A stretch of 40,634 nucleotides of DNA. Origin: Deltaproteobacteria bacterium (GTDB lineage Bacteria > Bdellovibrionota > FAC87 > UBA2466). A program made the position numbers and the translations under genes. The DNA lies in the NCBI GenBank assembly GCA_043776735.1, contig JAYVQZ010000008.1:1-40634 (forward strand), in the 5' to 3' direction. The first letter of the stretch is position 1, and each line of letters begins with the position of its first letter. Below, in pieces: positions 40,540-40,634 of this stretch. The notes under the pieces were generated by a model. It saw only the letters and a program-made list of their open reading frames with translations, had not been told where the DNA came from and did no database searches.

Positions 40540-40634
40540 CGGTCCCTTTGGGTTTTCTCCAAGTCGGGATTATCACTGTAAGGGGCAGTGTCCCAATTCC
40601 TGGGCTATAATCTTTTTATGCTTAAGAAACTACC

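Noticed and set aside
1-40634. Mobile genetic elements, prophage genes, CRISPR-Cas or recognisable anti-phage defence operons other than the TA pairs
   Set aside because: No transposase, integrase, recombinase, Cas, restriction-modification or nuclease/NTPase defence signatures were recognisable in any listed ORF. The tRNA search was by eye for T-arm-like GGTTCGAATCC motifs only.

Overview
This 40.6-kb window looks like chromosomal DNA from a diderm bacterium. An LptE-type lipoprotein sits in a leuS-lptE-holA block, and GC content looks close to 50% by eye. I found no rRNA, tRNA, CRISPR array, transposase or integrase.

Recognisable core genes:
- leuS-lptE-holA (30701-34726)
- a thiolase / small ORF / GT4 glycosyltransferase operon (27097-29680, minus strand)
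- a NUDIX hydrolase
- a LOG/TIGR00730 protein
- an ACT-domain protein
- two paralogous hybrid histidine kinases (2-1246, 5' partial, and 7526-9247)

Accessory content:
- a RelBE-type and a HigBA-type toxin-antitoxin pair lying among secreted proteins of unknown function (2937-7416)
- a family-5 solute-binding protein, a compact YcaO-like gene and a metzincin lipoprotein (9400-12813). The YcaO-like frame continues 81 codons past an in-frame TGA to a Pro-rich end.
- paralogous secreted proteins, one carrying a 7-bladed Kelch-like propeller

The most interesting region is 12969-24382. It holds two convergent, translationally coupled operons that read as an uncharacterised small-molecule biosynthetic cluster.
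- Plus strand: a 2OG/Fe(II) oxygenase, a full-length eukaryote-like ABCC (MRP-type) transporter, a FemAB/GNAT-like transferase and an ATP-grasp ligase split by a frameshift.
- Minus strand: an ASMT/COMT-type O-methyltransferase, a pterin-type aromatic amino acid hydroxylase, a class I SAM methyltransferase, a cupin plus heme-oxygenase-like diiron oxidase (HDO) fusion, and a HisC-like aminotransferase.

Two non-coding repeat families also stand out. One is a covarying hairpin element found just 3' of co-oriented genes at five or six loci. The other is a 22-bp perfect inverted repeat enclosing an 11-G tract directly upstream of the minus-strand biosynthetic operon.

All functional calls rest on motif recognition by eye. 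No database searches were run.
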